A DNA stretch of 64,000 nucleotides, taken from Dehalococcoidia bacterium (GTDB lineage Bacteria; Chloroflexota; Dehalococcoidia; Lucifugimonadales; JAGWBF01). The notes under the pieces are model-generated. The model searched no databases. It was not told the DNA's origin and was given only the letters and a program-made list of their open reading frames with translations. The stretch covers positions 8,229-72,228 of the forward strand of contig OZ219935.1 in assembly GCA_964291465.2 (NCBI GenBank). The letters are read 5' to 3'. The translations under genes and the position numbers were made by a program. Below are positions 62,909-64,000 of this stretch, in pieces. Numbering within the stretch: position 1 is the first letter of the stretch; every line of letters starts with the position of its first letter.

Positions 62909-62936
62909 TTGACAACTCATATTTCTTCGGTAGAAT
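62909..62936 (+). promoter_or_regulatory. candidate strong sigma70-type promoter upstream of rpoB
   Basis: TTGACA (62909-14), a 16-nt spacer, TAGAAT (62931-36), 118 nt before the ATG at 63054. Confidence 0.5.
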
Positions 62937-63053
62937 TAAAGGTTACAGGATGCCTCACCGGTATAAGGCCCCAACGTCTACGCCCCAGGCTGAATCCCTA
63001 CCCCCTTTTGCCCTTTTTTGGCCCTAGCTTTTCCCGCCTAGGAGGCCCCGCGC

Positions 63054-64000
63054 ATGGTTGCTAGCCTGTCCCCGATGGACGGTGCGTCCGTTGCCGTCAA
63101 CAAGACCTACGCCCGGATTCCCCAGGTCCTGGACATACCCAACCTGATCCAGAGCCAGATACAGTCTTTCGACTGGTTCACGGCGGAGGGACTGGGTGAG
63201 GTGTACAGGGAGATTTCCCCCATCCAGGACTACACGGGCAACAAGTACGAGCTGTACTTCCTCGACCACTACTTCCGCGACGCCAAGTACAGCCCCGAGG
63301 AGTGCAAGGAGAAGGAGATAACCTTCGCCACGCCTCTTTATGTCAAGACCCGTCTCGTCATGAAGGAGACGGGGGAGATCAAGGAGCAGGACATCTTCAT
63401 GGGCGACCTGCCCATGATGACCGTCAACGGCACCTTCATCGTCAACGGGGCAGAGCGGGTGGTGGTCAGCCAGCTTGTCCGCTCCCCCGGGGCCTACTTC
63501 GTCCTGGAGAAGGACATCCCCAGCAACCGAGACCTGTGCTTCGCCAAGCTCATACCCTCCCGGGGCGCCTGGCTGGAGTTCGAAACCAGCACGCGGAACG
63601 TCCTGTCGGTGAAGGTGGACCGGAAGCGCAAGGTATCGGCCACGACCTTCCTGCGGGCCATCGGCATCGCCACCGACGAGGAGATCCTCGACCTGTTCTC
63701 CGACGTGGACACCCACGAGGTCTACAAGTTCATCCCCTCGACCCTGGACAGGGACCCGGGCCCGGACGAGAGGGACGGCCACTTCCGGGAAGACGATCTG
63801 AAAGCCCTCTGGGCCTGGCTGCGCCCCGACGAGGAGTACGACCAGACCAAGGCCCGCGCCATCGGCTCCGCCCAGATCGAGTTCTACCGCCGGCTGAGAC
63901 CCGGCGAGCCGCCCAGCCTGGAGAACGCCCGCAACCTGGTGCACGACCTGTTCTTCGAGCCCCGGCGCTACGACCTGGGCCGGGTAGGCCGGTACAAGCT
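63054..64000 (+). CDS. rpoB: DNA-directed RNA polymerase subunit beta, N-terminal part (runs off window end)
   Basis: This gene is not in the ORF track because it has no stop in the window. AGGAGG lies 8 nt before the ATG. The protein reads MVASLSPMDG...YARIPQVLDIPNLIQSQIQSFDWF...FMGDLPMMTVNGTFIVNGAERVVVSQLVRSPG, which are classic RpoB N-terminal motifs. Confidence 0.92.
   Translation, partial: MVASLSPMDGASVAVNKTYARIPQVLDIPNLIQSQIQSFDWFTAEGLGEVYREISPIQDYTGNKYELYFLDHYFRDAKYSPEECKEKEITFATPLYVKTRLVMKETGEIKEQDIFMGDLPMMTVNGTFIVNGAERVVVSQLVRSPGAYFVLEKDIPSNRDLCFAKLIPSRGAWLEFETSTRNVLSVKVDRKRKVSATTFLRAIGIATDEEILDLFSDVDTHEVYKFIPSTLDRDPGPDERDGHFREDDLKALWAWLRPDEEYDQTKARAIGSAQIEFYRRLRPGEPPSLENARNLVHDLFFEPRRYDLGRVGRYK

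Noticed and set aside
63024-63944. 306-aa minus-strand ORF, the only track ORF at the window end.
   Set aside because: It is antisense to a clear rpoB N-terminus on the + strand (ATG at 63054 with an AGGAGG RBS). rpoB is missing from the track only because it has no stop codon inside the window.

Overview
This is a high-GC bacterial chromosomal window, densely coding on both strands. Sampled core lines run about 70-77% G+C (for example 26401-26460 has 46/60).

Core genes, in order:
- dnaB (5' end), rplI, purL-purQ and rpsU.
- An MFS transporter followed by a DUF1445/DUF4392 pair.
- A beta-hydroxyacid dehydrogenase, YHS protein, two acyl-CoA dehydrogenases and a fused EtfB-EtfA, then pncB.
- A CNNM/CorC protein, an FAD oxidase and 2-oxoacid dehydrogenase E1 alpha/beta.
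- secG-gatB-pcm, then an aminotransferase, D-aminoacylase and hydrolase cluster.
- tatA and tatC-tatB, trxA, tRNA-Sec, a SulP permease and an amidase.
- GMC, SDR, aspartate dehydrogenase and amidohydrolase genes, and a DEAD-box helicase.
- An adh, hypothetical gene and selenoprotein candidate.
- The System I cytochrome c maturation genes ccmABCDE, and a molybdopterin oxidoreductase.
- hspR-grpE-dnaK, Mut7-C plus a deacetylase, CMD and FAH family genes, and the 5' end of rpoB.

Stand-out observations:
1. A ~9.3 kb low-GC accessory island (26.9-36.2 kb; 27121-27180 has 27/60 G+C). It carries a PaREP1/HEPN-like gene, a HicB/HicA-like pair with a promoter-overlapping operator, a second HEPN-like gene, a HARE-HTH gene, an IS4/IS5-type transposase and many small membrane proteins of unknown function.
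2. Two copies, 41 kb apart, of a ~150-165 nt structured RNA-like element with compensatory base changes. I cannot assign it to any known family.
3. tRNA-Sec together with a candidate selenoprotein that has an in-frame UGA in a UxxC motif and a SECIS-like hairpin.
4. A CxxxY-type CcmE, indicating a variant System I.
5. A frameshifted DUF62 SAM hydrolase gene.
6. Several perfect palindromes and tandem repeats in intergenic regions.

I saw no rRNA and no CRISPR array. Many long ORFs in the supplied track are GC-driven antisense or alternate-frame artefacts and were not called. All family assignments come from motif recognition by eye, with no database search. The taxon cannot be established from this window; a Chloroflexota-like origin is only a guess.
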